Assembly (NCBI GenBank): GCA_012520975.1 | Contig: JAAYNF010000128.1 | Coordinates: 12,380-76,379 of the forward strand | Direction of reading: 5' to 3' | Length of the DNA stretch: 64,000 nt | DNA from: Clostridiaceae bacterium | GTDB taxonomy: Bacteria > Bacillota > Clostridia > Saccharofermentanales > UBA5734 | Part shown: one piece after another, positions 10,896 to 20,093 of the stretch | Layout of the letters: the number at the start of each line of letters is the position of its first letter | Position numbering within the stretch: position 1 is the stretch's first letter | Program-made: the position numbers and the translations under genes | Notes under the pieces: model-generated | The model's database searches: none | What the model saw: only the letters and a program-made list of their open reading frames with translations | What the model was told of the DNA's origin: nothing

Positions 10896-12568
10896 GAAGC
10901 GATGCAATGAAATCAAAACCTGTGCGTGCCTCCCATCGGTCACTGCTCTATGCTCTCGGTATGTCCGAAGAGGAGATGAAACGCCCCTTTATCGGGGTTG
11001 TCAATTCCTTCAATGAAATTGTGCCGGGTCATATCCATTTGCGCACGCTGACCGATGCCGTTAAAGCCGGTATTCGTAACGGCGGCGGTGTGCCTTTTGA
11101 ATTTCCGGCTATTGCGGTTTGCGATGGTCTGGCTATGAATCATGCCGGAATGAAATATTCTCTGGTCAGTCGCGACGTCATCGCCGACAGTTGTGAAATT
11201 ATGTTGATGGCGCACGCCTTTGATGCTGTGGTTTTTATTCCCAGCTGTGACAAGGTGGTGCCGGGTATGCTCATGGCGGCCGCCCGAATGGATCTGCCCA
11301 GCGTTTTTGTCAGCGGTGGCCCCATGCTTCCCGGGCGCTACAAAGACGAAAACATCGGTCTGAGCAACCTTTTTGAAGCCGTTGGCGCTCATGCCGCCGG
11401 TAGAATCAGCGACCAGGATCTGACCCGCATGGAAATGTCCGCCTGTCCGACCTGTGGAAGCTGTTCGGGAATGTACACGGCCAATACCATGAACTGCCTG
11501 ACCGAAGCGCTCGGATTGGCTTCTCCGGGAAACGGCACCATTCCCGCCGTCTACGCCGACCGGCGCCGCTTGGCTTACAAAGCCGGTTTGACAGCGGTTG
11601 AGCTGTTTAAAAACGGGCCGACAGCCCGACAAATTCTATCGCCGTCCGCCATTCGCAACGCTTTGCGCGTAGATATGGCTCTAGGTGGATCGACCAATAC
11701 CATTTTGCATCTTCTGGCCATCGCCCGGGAAGCCGGTTATGAGCTGAGCATGTCGGAAATCAGCCGCATCAGCGACAGCACGCCGCAGCTCTGCAAACTG
11801 AATCCGGCCGGTCAGGATTTCATTACCGACCTCAACGACGTTGGGGGCATTCAAGCTGTCATGGCAGAGCTCAACAAAAAAGATCTGATTGAAGTGGAGG
11901 CTTTGACGATCGATGGAACGGTTTCCAGTCGAATTGCCTCCTTGAAAGGCGCGGATGGTAAGGTTATCCATTCGGTCGACGCACCCTATGCCCTTGACGG
12001 GGGTTTGGCGGTCCTGACCGGAAACTTGGCGCCGGACGGCAGCGTGGTCAAAAAAGGCGCTGTTTTGCCTGAAATGCTGCAACATGAGGGGCCGGCTCGC
12101 GTTTTTGATGGTGAAGAAGAAGTATCGGAGGCTATTTTCAATCAGATGATCCGTCCCGGAGATGTGGTGGTCATTCGTTTTGAAGGTCCACGAGGCGGAC
12201 CGGGCATGCGTGAGATGTTGTCGCCAACCAGCGCGTTGGCCGGCATGGGTTTGGACAATTCCGTTGCGTTGATTACCGATGGTCGCTTTTCCGGTGCGAC
12301 GCGTGGCGCCTCAATTGGGCACGTTTGTCCGGAAGCCGCTGTGGGCGGCCCCTTGGCCTATGTTCGCGAGGGGGATCGGGTTCGCATCGATATTCCGGCT
12401 CGCCGCATTGACCTTCTGGTCTCTGCCGAAGAACTTGCCTCCCGTAATCCGGCTCCGCGACCGGATCGCGGCCTGAAGGGTGTTCTGGCTCGATATCAAC
12501 AGCAGGTCGATGCCAGCAATTGCGGTGCCCGCATGCTATTACCTCGAAAGGAGGGAGAGAAATCATGA
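10892..12568 (+). CDS. ilvD: dihydroxy-acid dehydratase
   Basis: 'HRSLLYALG', '[13 protein letters not shown]', '[14 protein letters not shown]' and '[16 protein letters not shown]'. ATGA overlap with the leuB stop. Confidence 0.95.
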   Translation: MRSDAMKSKPVRASHRSLLYALGMSEEEMKRPFIGVVNSFNEIVPGHIHLRTLTDAVKAGIRNGGGVPFEFPAIAVCDGLAMNHAGMKYSLVSRDVIADSCEIMLMAHAFDAVVFIPSCDKVVPGMLMAAARMDLPSVFVSGGPMLPGRYKDENIGLSNLFEAVGAHAAGRISDQDLTRMEMSACPTCGSCSGMYTANTMNCLTEALGLASPGNGTIPAVYADRRRLAYKAGLTAVELFKNGPTARQILSPSAIRNALRVDMALGGSTNTILHLLAIAREAGYELSMSEISRISDSTPQLCKLNPAGQDFITDLNDVGGIQAVMAELNKKDLIEVEALTIDGTVSSRIASLKGADGKVIHSVDAPYALDGGLAVLTGNLAPDGSVVKKGAVLPEMLQHEGPARVFDGEEEVSEAIFNQMIRPGDVVVIRFEGPRGGPGMREMLSPTSALAGMGLDNSVALITDGRFSGATRGASIGHVCPEAAVGGPLAYVREGDRVRIDIPARRIDLLVSAEELASRNPAPRPDRGLKGVLARYQQQVDASNCGARMLLPRKEGEKS

Positions 12569-14271
12569 ACGGAGCAGAACTGGTCATTGATTTTTTAATT
12601 CGTAAAGGCGTAAAGAAGGCCTTTGGTTATCCCGGCGGACCGGTCATCATCCTCTATGAGGCTATTTACAAATATGAGTTTCCTCATGTGTTGACCCGGC
12701 ATGAACAAGGCGCGGTCCATGCCGCCGAGGGTTATGCCAAGGTGTCCGGCCAACCCGGTGTTTGTTTGGCCACGTCCGGGCCCGGAGCCACAAACTTGGT
12801 TACCGGCTTGGCCGACGCTTATCTGGATTCGGTTCCTGTGCTGGCGATTACCGGAGCTGTGGCTCGGGAATCAATCGGAACCGATGCCTTTCAGGAAGCT
12901 GACATTACCGGCGTGACGCAACCGATTACCAAGTACAACTATTTGGTTATGGATCCGGAGGAACTGTTGCCGATTCTGGAGGAAGCTTGGACCTTGACGA
13001 CCGAAGGCCGGCCGGGACCGGTTCTGGTCAATATTCCCAAGGACATTCTGTCCATGACGATCGAATTGTCGCAAATTAAAAGTTCGAGCTATGCCCGGCA
13101 TCGACCGCCCAAGATCAAAACGCAGGCTTTGTCGGACAAGGTTTATGCGGCGCTGGCCCGAAGCCGACGGCCCTTGCTGTTGGCCGGTGGCGGTTGTGTC
13201 ATCTCCGAAGGCGGTACCGATGATCTGCTTCGGTTTGTGGATGGTCTTGGAATTCCTGTTGCCACGACCTTGATGGGCAAGGGTGCGATTCCCGAGGATC
13301 ATCCCTTGTTTTTAGGTATTTTGGGTATGCATGGAACACCTCAGGCCAACACGGCGCTGGGCAACTGCGATCTGCTGCTGGCTGTCGGCAGCCGCTTCAG
13401 TGATCGGATCATTGGCGACTTTAAGAGCTACAACCCCGATGGCAAGAGGCAGATCATCCATGTCGATATTGATCCGGCCGAAATAGGCAAGAACGTCAAG
13501 GCCGATTTGGGGATTGAGGATGATGCGGCCGGTTTTTTTGAAGCAATGCTGGCGGTTCGGCCCGAAATAGATTATTCTGCGGACTGGTCGGCGTGGAAAC
13601 AAGAACTGGATCGCAAGAAACAAGAGTATCAGGCGGTCAAAAACGCCATGTACGAGCCCAGCCGACCATTGACGCCTCAATTTGTCGTCCATCAGGTTGC
13701 CAATGCGCTGAAAGGCCAAAATCCGGTTGTTGTCACCGATGTCGGTCAACACCAGCAATTTGTCGCCCAGCACTATCCCGTTGAATCGCCGCGATCCTTT
13801 ATCACCTCAGGGGGGTTGGGCACAATGGGCTTTGGGCTGCCGGCGGCGATCGGAGCATCGGCGGCTGCCCCTGATCGAACGACGCTTTTGTTTGCCGGAG
13901 ACGGCGGTTTCCAAATGACAATCCAAGAGCTTGGTGTCTTGGCCAAGCTGCGGTTGCCGTTAAAGATTTTCATCATGGACAATTGTTGTTTGGGTATGGT
14001 TCGGCAATGGCAAGAATTGTTCTTTGACCGCCATTACAGCCAGACCATCTTGGACAACAACCCCGACTTCGTGATGATTGCCGAAGCCTACGGCCTGCCG
14101 GCCGGAACAGCCTGTGACGGCGAATCCCTCAAAGAGCAGATTAACCACGCATTGGCGGCCGAGGGTCCTTACATTGTTCATTGTTTGATCAATCCGGATG
14201 AAAATGTTTTTCCCATGATTCCGGCCGGCAAGATGCCTCAGGATCTTATCATGCCCGGTATGGGTGACTGA
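12565..14271 (+). CDS. ilvB: acetolactate synthase (AHAS) large catalytic subunit
   Basis: TPP enzyme with '[13 protein letters not shown]' and '[15 protein letters not shown]'. 568 aa from ATG 12565, in an ATGA overlap with ilvD. Confidence 0.9.
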   Translation: MNGAELVIDFLIRKGVKKAFGYPGGPVIILYEAIYKYEFPHVLTRHEQGAVHAAEGYAKVSGQPGVCLATSGPGATNLVTGLADAYLDSVPVLAITGAVARESIGTDAFQEADITGVTQPITKYNYLVMDPEELLPILEEAWTLTTEGRPGPVLVNIPKDILSMTIELSQIKSSSYARHRPPKIKTQALSDKVYAALARSRRPLLLAGGGCVISEGGTDDLLRFVDGLGIPVATTLMGKGAIPEDHPLFLGILGMHGTPQANTALGNCDLLLAVGSRFSDRIIGDFKSYNPDGKRQIIHVDIDPAEIGKNVKADLGIEDDAAGFFEAMLAVRPEIDYSADWSAWKQELDRKKQEYQAVKNAMYEPSRPLTPQFVVHQVANALKGQNPVVVTDVGQHQQFVAQHYPVESPRSFITSGGLGTMGFGLPAAIGASAAAPDRTTLLFAGDGGFQMTIQELGVLAKLRLPLKIFIMDNCCLGMVRQWQELFFDRHYSQTILDNNPDFVMIAEAYGLPAGTACDGESLKEQINHALAAEGPYIVHCLINPDENVFPMIPAGKMPQDLIMPGMGD

Positions 14272-14292
14272 ACAAGCCCATAATCCCGGATC

Positions 14293-14330
14293 AAATCGCC
14301 TCTGCCGCCACAACGACCGGGGCGATTTTT
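14293..14330 (+). terminator. candidate intrinsic terminator after ilvB
   Basis: AAATCGCCTC (14293-14302) pairs with GGGGCGATTT (14319-14328), including one G.U pair. 16-nt loop, followed by TT. The loop is long. Confidence 0.45.
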
Positions 14331-14341
14331 ATCCCGTTAAA

Positions 14342-14370
14342 TTGACACAAGGGGGACTGCTATCTATAAT
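14342..14370 (+). promoter_or_regulatory. consensus sigma-A-type promoter for the metal ABC pair
   Basis: TTGACA (14342-14347), 17 nt, TATAAT (14365-14370). Both hexamers are perfect matches. Confidence 0.65.
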
Positions 14371-14376
14371 TCTAAA

Positions 14377-14391
14377 TGCAAGTGTTTTGCA
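14377..14391 (+). promoter_or_regulatory. inverted repeat just downstream of the -10 (candidate metalloregulator operator)
   Basis: TGCAA-gtgtt-TTGCA (5-5-5) starts 7 nt after the -10. Confidence 0.3.
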
Positions 14392-14420
14392 ACAAGCCGG
14401 AATGAACAAGGGTGAGACCG

Positions 14421-15173
14421 ATGCCAACCGAAAATCGAAAAATTAGCCATCAACCCGCACAAAACATCCATCCTCGGCACAACTTGCATTTGAATCATGT
14501 AACCGTCAGGCGCGGCGGCAAATGTATCATTACGGATATCACTTTCAGTTTAGCCTGCGGCGAATTGGTTGTGGTAACCGGCCCCAACGGAGGCGGTAAA
14601 AGCACACTGTTGCGAACCATTCTTGGAGAATGGCCATACGAAGGCACCATCATTTTTTCTGATTGTCAGGGAAATATTTCAACGCGACCGACAATCGGTT
14701 ACATGCCTCAGCATTTGATCTTTGACCGTCAGGCGCCGCTGACCGTCGCAGATCTCATGCTGGCCAACTCCAGTCGATGGCCTGTTTTTTTGAGTCATCG
14801 GCAAAAAGACCGGCAGGAAATCAGCAAAATACTGGAACAGGTTGACGCCTCAAGGTTGATCGATCGTCGTTTGGGCGAGCTGTCCGGTGGTGAGCTTCAA
14901 CGGGTAACGTTGGCGTTTGCCTTGAATCCGATCCCGGACATCTTGCTGCTGGATGAACCGGTTTCGGCGTTGGACGTCAAAGGACAAGCCTTATTCTATC
15001 AGCTGGTGCTGGATCTCCGGGCGCGCTATGATCTTCTCACCTTGGTTGTTTCGCACAATCTGGATATCGTGACAAAATATGCCACCTCACTCATTGTTCT
15101 CAACCGCACCATCCGGTTCTCCGGTCCGACCCGGGATGTTTTGGAAGCACGTGAAAGAGGTACCACGATATGA
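14421..15173 (+). CDS. metal-type (ZnuC/TroB/MntB-like) ABC transporter ATP-binding protein with a His-rich N-terminal extension
   Basis: Walker A 'GPNGGGKST', signature 'LSGGELQRV' and Walker B 'LLLDEP'. The N-terminus 'HQPAQNIHPRHNLHLNH' is His-rich. ATG 14421 follows AAGGGTGAG. Confidence 0.8.
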   Translation: MPTENRKISHQPAQNIHPRHNLHLNHVTVRRGGKCIITDITFSLACGELVVVTGPNGGGKSTLLRTILGEWPYEGTIIFSDCQGNISTRPTIGYMPQHLIFDRQAPLTVADLMLANSSRWPVFLSHRQKDRQEISKILEQVDASRLIDRRLGELSGGELQRVTLAFALNPIPDILLLDEPVSALDVKGQALFYQLVLDLRARYDLLTLVVSHNLDIVTKYATSLIVLNRTIRFSGPTRDVLEARERGTTI

Positions 15174-16024
15174 ATGTCTGGTACACGTTGGTCGAATGGT
15201 TGCCATTTTCTTTTTTGCAATATGATTTTATTAAAAACGCTTTGTTGGCGATCTTGCTGATTGCTCCGATTTTTGGTTTGGCCGGAACCATGGTTGTCAA
15301 CAACCGTATGTCTTATTTTTCAGATGCTCTAGGCCATTCGGCTTTGGCCGGAATCGCGCTGGGAACGTTATTGGGCCTTCAGGATTTTTTACTTTCGATG
15401 ATTTTGTTCAGTGTTCTGTTCGGATGGCTATTGTCGGGTATCAAAAACAGGGCTCGATCATCAACGGATACAATCATTGGTGTTTTTTCCGCTACGGCTG
15501 TCGCCTTGGGAATTGCTTTGCTTTCACGTCAGGGTGGGTTTACCCGTTATAGTAATTTTTTGATCGGTGATATCTTGGCCATCCGCCCCTCGGATATTCT
15601 CATTTTACTCATCGTTCTGGTTCTTCTATTGCTTTTCTGGATCTTATTTTTCAATCGGCTGCTCATTCTGAGTGTCAATGCTTCACTGGCGCGTAGCAAG
15701 GGAATTTCCGTTCGCGCTCTGGAAATAGCCTTTATGACCCTGATCGCTGTTTTGGTTACTGTTTCCATCAAATGGATCGGTACCTTGTTGATCAATGCTT
15801 TGCTCATTCTTCCGGCGGCTGCTGCGCGAAATGTGGCCGGCAGCATTCGATCCTATCATGGACTGTCGGTCTTGTTTTCCCTTGTTTCCGGCGTTTCCGG
15901 TTTGATCTTGTCTTTTTATCTGGATACATCAGCCGGCGCAACCATTGTGTTGTGCAGTGCCGTGATCTTTGCGGTCAGTTGGCTGGTCGGCCGGGGAAAA
16001 ACCGACAGTCGAGAGGAGCCATGA
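15170..16024 (+). CDS. ABC-3 family metal transporter permease (ZnuB/TroCD-like)
   Basis: Polytopic membrane protein. 'NNRMSYFSDALGHSALAGIALG' is typical of the ABC-3 family. ATGA overlap with the ATPase stop. Confidence 0.8.
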   Translation: MNVWYTLVEWLPFSFLQYDFIKNALLAILLIAPIFGLAGTMVVNNRMSYFSDALGHSALAGIALGTLLGLQDFLLSMILFSVLFGWLLSGIKNRARSSTDTIIGVFSATAVALGIALLSRQGGFTRYSNFLIGDILAIRPSDILILLIVLVLLLLFWILFFNRLLILSVNASLARSKGISVRALEIAFMTLIAVLVTVSIKWIGTLLINALLILPAAAARNVAGSIRSYHGLSVLFSLVSGVSGLILSFYLDTSAGATIVLCSAVIFAVSWLVGRGKTDSREEP

Positions 16025-16139
16025 GTAGATAAAAAAGCGCCGGATTTCGCCGTATGTAGGGTAATCAAGCGCTTTTGCTTCACATATTTTCGATGCTTTG
16101 CCGCTATGAGACAGCTGGATCCGGGGGTTTTGGCTCTTG

Positions 16140-17144
16140 TTAGAGAATCTCGATTTCCTTGTTCCAGCTCATCATTGCCCGCAGCTCGCGACCAACCTGC
16201 TCCACTTGGTGTTCCGATTCAAGACGGCGACGAGACAGGAAGTTCGGGCGACCGGCTTGGTTTTCTAAAATCCAGTTTTTGGCGAAAACACCTTCCTGAA
16301 TTTCCTGCAAGACCTTTTTCATCTCTTTTTTGGTCTCGTCGGTGATGATCCGGCGACCAACACTATAGTCACCGTATTCGGCGGTATCGCTGATTGAGTA
16401 GCGCATCAGGGATAAACCGCCCTGAGCCACCATGTCGATGATTAATTTCATTTCATGCACACACTCATAATAGGCATTTTCAGGATCATATCCGGCTTCA
16501 ACAAGCACTTCAAATCCGACCTTCATCAACTCGGTAACACCACCGCAAAGGACGGCCTGCTCACCGAAAAGATCGGTTTCGGTTTCCTCACGGAAGGTTG
16601 TGCTGAGCAGGCCGGCCCTGCTGCAACCGATGCCGTAACCATAATCAAAAGCAATATCCCGAGCCTTGCCGGTGTAATCCTGATGGACGGCAAACAGTCC
16701 GGGCACGCCGCGCCCGGCTTGATACTGGCTACGAACCGTGTGGCCGGGTCCTTTAGGCGCGATCATGAAAACATCAATGTCCGCCGCCGGAATAATTCGA
16801 CCGAAATGGATGTTAAAGCCATGGGCGAATGCCAGTGCTTTACCGGTCGTGAGATGGGGCTTGATATCTTTCTCATATAAATCCGGTTGCTTCTCATCAC
16901 TGACCAGAATCATAATAACGCTGGCCATCTCAGCCGCTTGACTTGATGTGGCAACTTTCAGACCGACAGCTTCGGCTTTCGCCCATGACGGGCTGCCTTC
17001 ATAAAGTCCGACGACGACGTCAAAACCGCTTTCACGCAGATTTAAGGCATGGGCGTGCCCTTGGCTGCCAAAGCCGATGATGGCGATGGTCTTGCCATCC
17101 AAGGCATGTGTGCGGCATTCATTTTCTTTGTAGATTTTTTTCAT
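16140..17144 (-). CDS. ilvC: ketol-acid reductoisomerase (class I)
   Basis: '[23 protein letters not shown]' Rossmann motif. 334 aa. Confidence 0.95.
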   Translation of the reverse strand: MKKIYKENECRTHALDGKTIAIIGFGSQGHAHALNLRESGFDVVVGLYEGSPSWAKAEAVGLKVATSSQAAEMASVIMILVSDEKQPDLYEKDIKPHLTTGKALAFAHGFNIHFGRIIPAADIDVFMIAPKGPGHTVRSQYQAGRGVPGLFAVHQDYTGKARDIAFDYGYGIGCSRAGLLSTTFREETETDLFGEQAVLCGGVTELMKVGFEVLVEAGYDPENAYYECVHEMKLIIDMVAQGGLSLMRYSISDTAEYGDYSVGRRIITDETKKEMKKVLQEIQEGVFAKNWILENQAGRPNFLSRRRLESEHQVEQVGRELRAMMSWNKEIEIL

Positions 17145-17185
17145 GGAAATCCTCCTTTAACTTTGGTCGGGTTCTGGCAGAGTGA

Positions 17186-17695
17186 TCACTCTTTTTCCGG
17201 ATGCGTCACATTCATGGCTCGCACGCCGCGTTCAATGGCAATTGGGCCGGTACGAACCAGCTCAAGAATACCGTAAGGCTCCAGCATACCTTTGAGGGCA
17301 AGGATTTTATCGTCTTTGCCGCTGAGCTCGATGGTCAATGTGGTGGGCGAAACATCAATGACGTGGCCGCGAAAAATATCGATAATTTGAAGAATCTGTG
17401 CCCGTGACGCGGCTTCGGCCTTGACCTTGATGAAGACCAGTTCTCGGGAAAAAGATTCATCGGGGGACAAGTGTCGGACCAACAGAACATCCGGCAATTT
17501 GTGGAGCTGCCGGATAATCTGATTGATCTGCTCATCGCTGCTGCGCAAGGTAATCGTAATTCGGGAAATCGCAGGGTCCTGAGTTACGCCGACAGTCAGG
17601 CTCTCGATATTGTAGCCGCGACGGGCAAACAAGCTGGAAACCCTGTTGAGGACACCGGCTCTGTTTTCAACCAGAACAGAAAGGCTTTTCAACAT
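17186..17695 (-). CDS. ilvN: acetolactate synthase small (regulatory) subunit
   Basis: ACT domain 'LSVLVENRAGVLNRVSSLFARRGYNIESL'. 169 aa. GGAGGAGG RBS. Confidence 0.9.
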   Translation of the reverse strand: MLKSLSVLVENRAGVLNRVSSLFARRGYNIESLTVGVTQDPAISRITITLRSSDEQINQIIRQLHKLPDVLLVRHLSPDESFSRELVFIKVKAEAASRAQILQIIDIFRGHVIDVSPTTLTIELSGKDDKILALKGMLEPYGILELVRTGPIAIERGVRAMNVTHPEKE

Positions 17696-17826
17696 AGAAG
17701 ACCTCCTCCTTTAAGCGCTACACAACAAAACTACCACTTTTAAGCGGTGGCTTCAATCGGAACATTTGATGAAGTTACAAAACGATAAGAAATATCGATC
17801 ATTCCTGCTCCGGAATCCGCCTTGCG

Positions 17827-18246
17827 TCAATCCGGACTATTTTTCAACAGATCGCGGATTTCCTCAAGCAGAATGATGTCTTCGGCTTTGGCCGGCGGCG
17901 CTTCTTGCTCTTCCTCTTCTTTTTTTCTTTGTAATTTGCCAATGGCTTTAACCAACAGAAAAATGACCAAAGAGATAATCAGGAACTGCAAAACGACCTC
18001 GATTAAATGACCGTATGTAACCGCGACCTCCGGTTTGACAATTTCCGAACCGCTCATCTGCGCCGGACTGAGAATAATTTTAAAATCGGTAAAACTGATG
18101 CCGGCCGTCAGAAATCCAATGATCGGCATGATGATGTCATTGACGAAAGAACTGACGATTGCGCCAAATGCCGCGCCAATAACAACCGCAAACGCAAGAT
18201 CGAGAACGTTACCGCGCAAGATGAACTTTTTGAATTCAGATAGCAT
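17827..18246 (-). CDS. mscL: large-conductance mechanosensitive channel
   Basis: 'FKKFILRGNVLDLAFAVVIGAAFGAIVSSFVNDIIMPIIG'. 139 aa from the ATG at 18246, 9 nt after GGAGG. The track start 18291 was rejected. Confidence 0.9.
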   Translation of the reverse strand: MLSEFKKFILRGNVLDLAFAVVIGAAFGAIVSSFVNDIIMPIIGFLTAGISFTDFKIILSPAQMSGSEIVKPEVAVTYGHLIEVVLQFLIISLVIFLLVKAIGKLQRKKEEEEQEAPPAKAEDIILLEEIRDLLKNSPD

Positions 18247-18384
18247 ACACTTAAACCTCCGTATGATTTGGAATGAATGATCGTTCTTCACCTCAGTATA
18301 GCGAAATTAAAGCCGATAGTGAAGTGGGCAGGGGAAAGCATGCGCCGATCCGGAATGGTTACCTTGAGCGACTCAATTAGATGA

Positions 18385-18414
18385 TTGACTCATTGGACAG
18401 ACGTATGTTAAAAT
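18385..18414 (+). promoter_or_regulatory. candidate promoter of the SucCD-like operon
   Basis: TTGACT (18385-18390), 18 nt, TAAAAT (18409-18414), with the TG of an extended -10 at 18406-18407. Confidence 0.5.
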
Positions 18415-18422
18415 AAATCACA

Positions 18423-18437
18423 TGAAACATCGTTTCA
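18423..18437 (+). promoter_or_regulatory. perfect 15-bp palindrome (candidate operator)
   Basis: TGAAAC-atc-GTTTCA lies immediately downstream of the predicted start site. Confidence 0.4.
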
Positions 18438-18442
18438 CACAA

Positions 18443-18455
18443 TGAAATAATTTCG
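18443..18455 (+). promoter_or_regulatory. IclR-box-like palindrome
   Basis: TGAAAT-a-ATTTCG. The core GAAATnATTTC matches the recalled E. coli IclR box TGGAAATNATTTCCA at 11 of 14 defined positions. Confidence 0.4.
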
Positions 18456-18507
18456 ACGAGCAATTCACCTGTTGCAGCAACATTTTGTCAATGAAGGGGA
18501 TGTTAAA

Positions 18508-19791
18508 ATGGCCAAATTTCTCGAATACCAAGGAAAAAATTGGTTGCGAAAAGCCGGTTTGCCCATACCGGACGGTCAGGTGGCCTATACAGCGGAACAG
18601 GCGCGCGATATTGCTCGGCAATTTGGCAAACCGGTCGCCGTTAAAGGGCAGGTTCAAGCTGGTGGGCGAGGAAAGGCCGGCATCGTCAAGTTGGTTGATA
18701 CACCGGATTTGGCCGAGCAGGCAGCGACGCAGATTCTGTCGACCCAAGTCAGAGGTATGCCTGTACGAGCCGTTCTGGTAGAGGAAAAATTAAGCATTAA
18801 AAAAGAATATTACTGTTCGATTGTGGTGAATGGTGCCCGTGACGCCAGGACACCGCTTTTGATGTTCAGCCCTGAAGGTGGCATGGACATTGAGAGTGTT
18901 CCCGAAGATCAAATTTATCGGCTTAATCTGGATCCGATCTTTGGACTGCAACAATATCAAGCCATTGATCTTTGTGTTCGAGCCGGAATTGACCGTCAAG
19001 ATCTGGATAAATTCACGACCTTTCTAACCAAGCTGGCGGCGGTGTATCGCCAATACGATTGTCAGACTCTTGAGATCAATCCTCTTGTGGTCACCGAGCA
19101 AGAGGACATAGTTTGTGCTGACTGTAAGATGGAAATCGATAATAGCGCGGTCAGCCGCCATCCGGAATTTGGTATTAAAATTGCTCGTGATTTCCCGGGA
19201 GAGATCACCGAACTTGATGAGATCGGCTGGTCCATTGAGGAAACAGATGCCAGAGGAACCGGTTTTTTGATGAATATGGGCTTTGACGAAGTAAGTCCGG
19301 GCTATATCGGCTATCATCCGATTGGTGGCGGATCGGCCATGATGGGTCTGGACGCGCTCAACCATGTCGGATTAAAACCCGCCAACTATGCCGATACCAG
19401 TGGCAATCCGGTCGGTTCAAAAATTTATCGCGTGGCCAAATGTGTTTTATCGCAACCTAATATCGATGGTTATTTATTGGGTGGATTCATGATGGCCAAT
19501 CAAGAGCAGTGGCATCATGCGCATGCTCTGGTCAAAGTGTTATGCGAGATGCTGCCCGAGAAAAAACCTGGTCTGCCGTGCGTTTTACTTTTATGCGGCA
19601 ACAAAGAAGAGGAATCTCTGGCCATCTTGAGGAAAGGCCTGGCCGAACTGATGACCCCCGATGGGCCGGGCCGCCGAATTGAAATCTACGGTAAGGAACA
19701 TGTGACGGATACGCTTTTTATTGGTCAACGTTTACTGGAACTTAGCAAGGCGTACCATTTGGAGAAAGTACAAGGAAAGGAGAACGGCTGA
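18508..19791 (+). CDS. SucC-like ATP-grasp subunit of an NDP-forming acyl-CoA ligase (substrate unknown)
   Basis: By-eye alignment to SucC: 'FLEYQGK', 'AVKGQVQAGGRGKAG' and 'TLEINPLVV'. The C-terminal half is divergent ('YADTSGNPVGSK'). 427 aa from ATG 18508. Confidence 0.7.
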   Translation: MAKFLEYQGKNWLRKAGLPIPDGQVAYTAEQARDIARQFGKPVAVKGQVQAGGRGKAGIVKLVDTPDLAEQAATQILSTQVRGMPVRAVLVEEKLSIKKEYYCSIVVNGARDARTPLLMFSPEGGMDIESVPEDQIYRLNLDPIFGLQQYQAIDLCVRAGIDRQDLDKFTTFLTKLAAVYRQYDCQTLEINPLVVTEQEDIVCADCKMEIDNSAVSRHPEFGIKIARDFPGEITELDEIGWSIEETDARGTGFLMNMGFDEVSPGYIGYHPIGGGSAMMGLDALNHVGLKPANYADTSGNPVGSKIYRVAKCVLSQPNIDGYLLGGFMMANQEQWHHAHALVKVLCEMLPEKKPGLPCVLLLCGNKEEESLAILRKGLAELMTPDGPGRRIEIYGKEHVTDTLFIGQRLLELSKAYHLEKVQGKENG

Positions 19792-19792
19792 T

Positions 19793-20083
19793 ATGTTTGA
19801 GATTGTCGAAAGAACAATTGTTGTCTCCATCGATACCTCCAAATGCCCGGACTGTGTGACCAAGGCATGTGAGGCGGCCTGCGCCAAGTATGCCCGGGGC
19901 ATCATCAAAATTGATACGAACGGTTGTGCCTCAACCGGTGACCTGAGCAAGCAAGAAGTACTTAGGCTGGGTACCGAGTGCCTAGCCTGTGAGTTTGCCT
20001 GTAAACATGATGGAAATCAAGCTATTACAATCAATATTCCCATCACCGGACTCGATGAATATAACCGGAAACGCGGCCAGTAA
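19793..20083 (+). CDS. 8-Cys ferredoxin-like small protein between the ligase subunits
   Basis: 96 aa. 'IDTSKCPDCVTKACEAAC' (C-x2-C-x4-C-x3-C), a lone Cys45, and 'CLACEFAC' (C-x2-C-x3-C). Starts 1 nt after the upstream stop. Confidence 0.55.
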   Translation: MFEIVERTIVVSIDTSKCPDCVTKACEAACAKYARGIIKIDTNGCASTGDLSKQEVLRLGTECLACEFACKHDGNQAITINIPITGLDEYNRKRGQ

Positions 20084-20093
20084 GGAGGATTAT

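Noticed and set aside
16033-16076. AAAAGCGC...GCGCTTTT inverted repeat between the convergent ABC permease gene and ilvC, a possible bidirectional terminator.
   Set aside because: The 8-bp arms are separated by a 28-nt loop with no convincing inner pairing. It is not a credible intrinsic terminator by eye.
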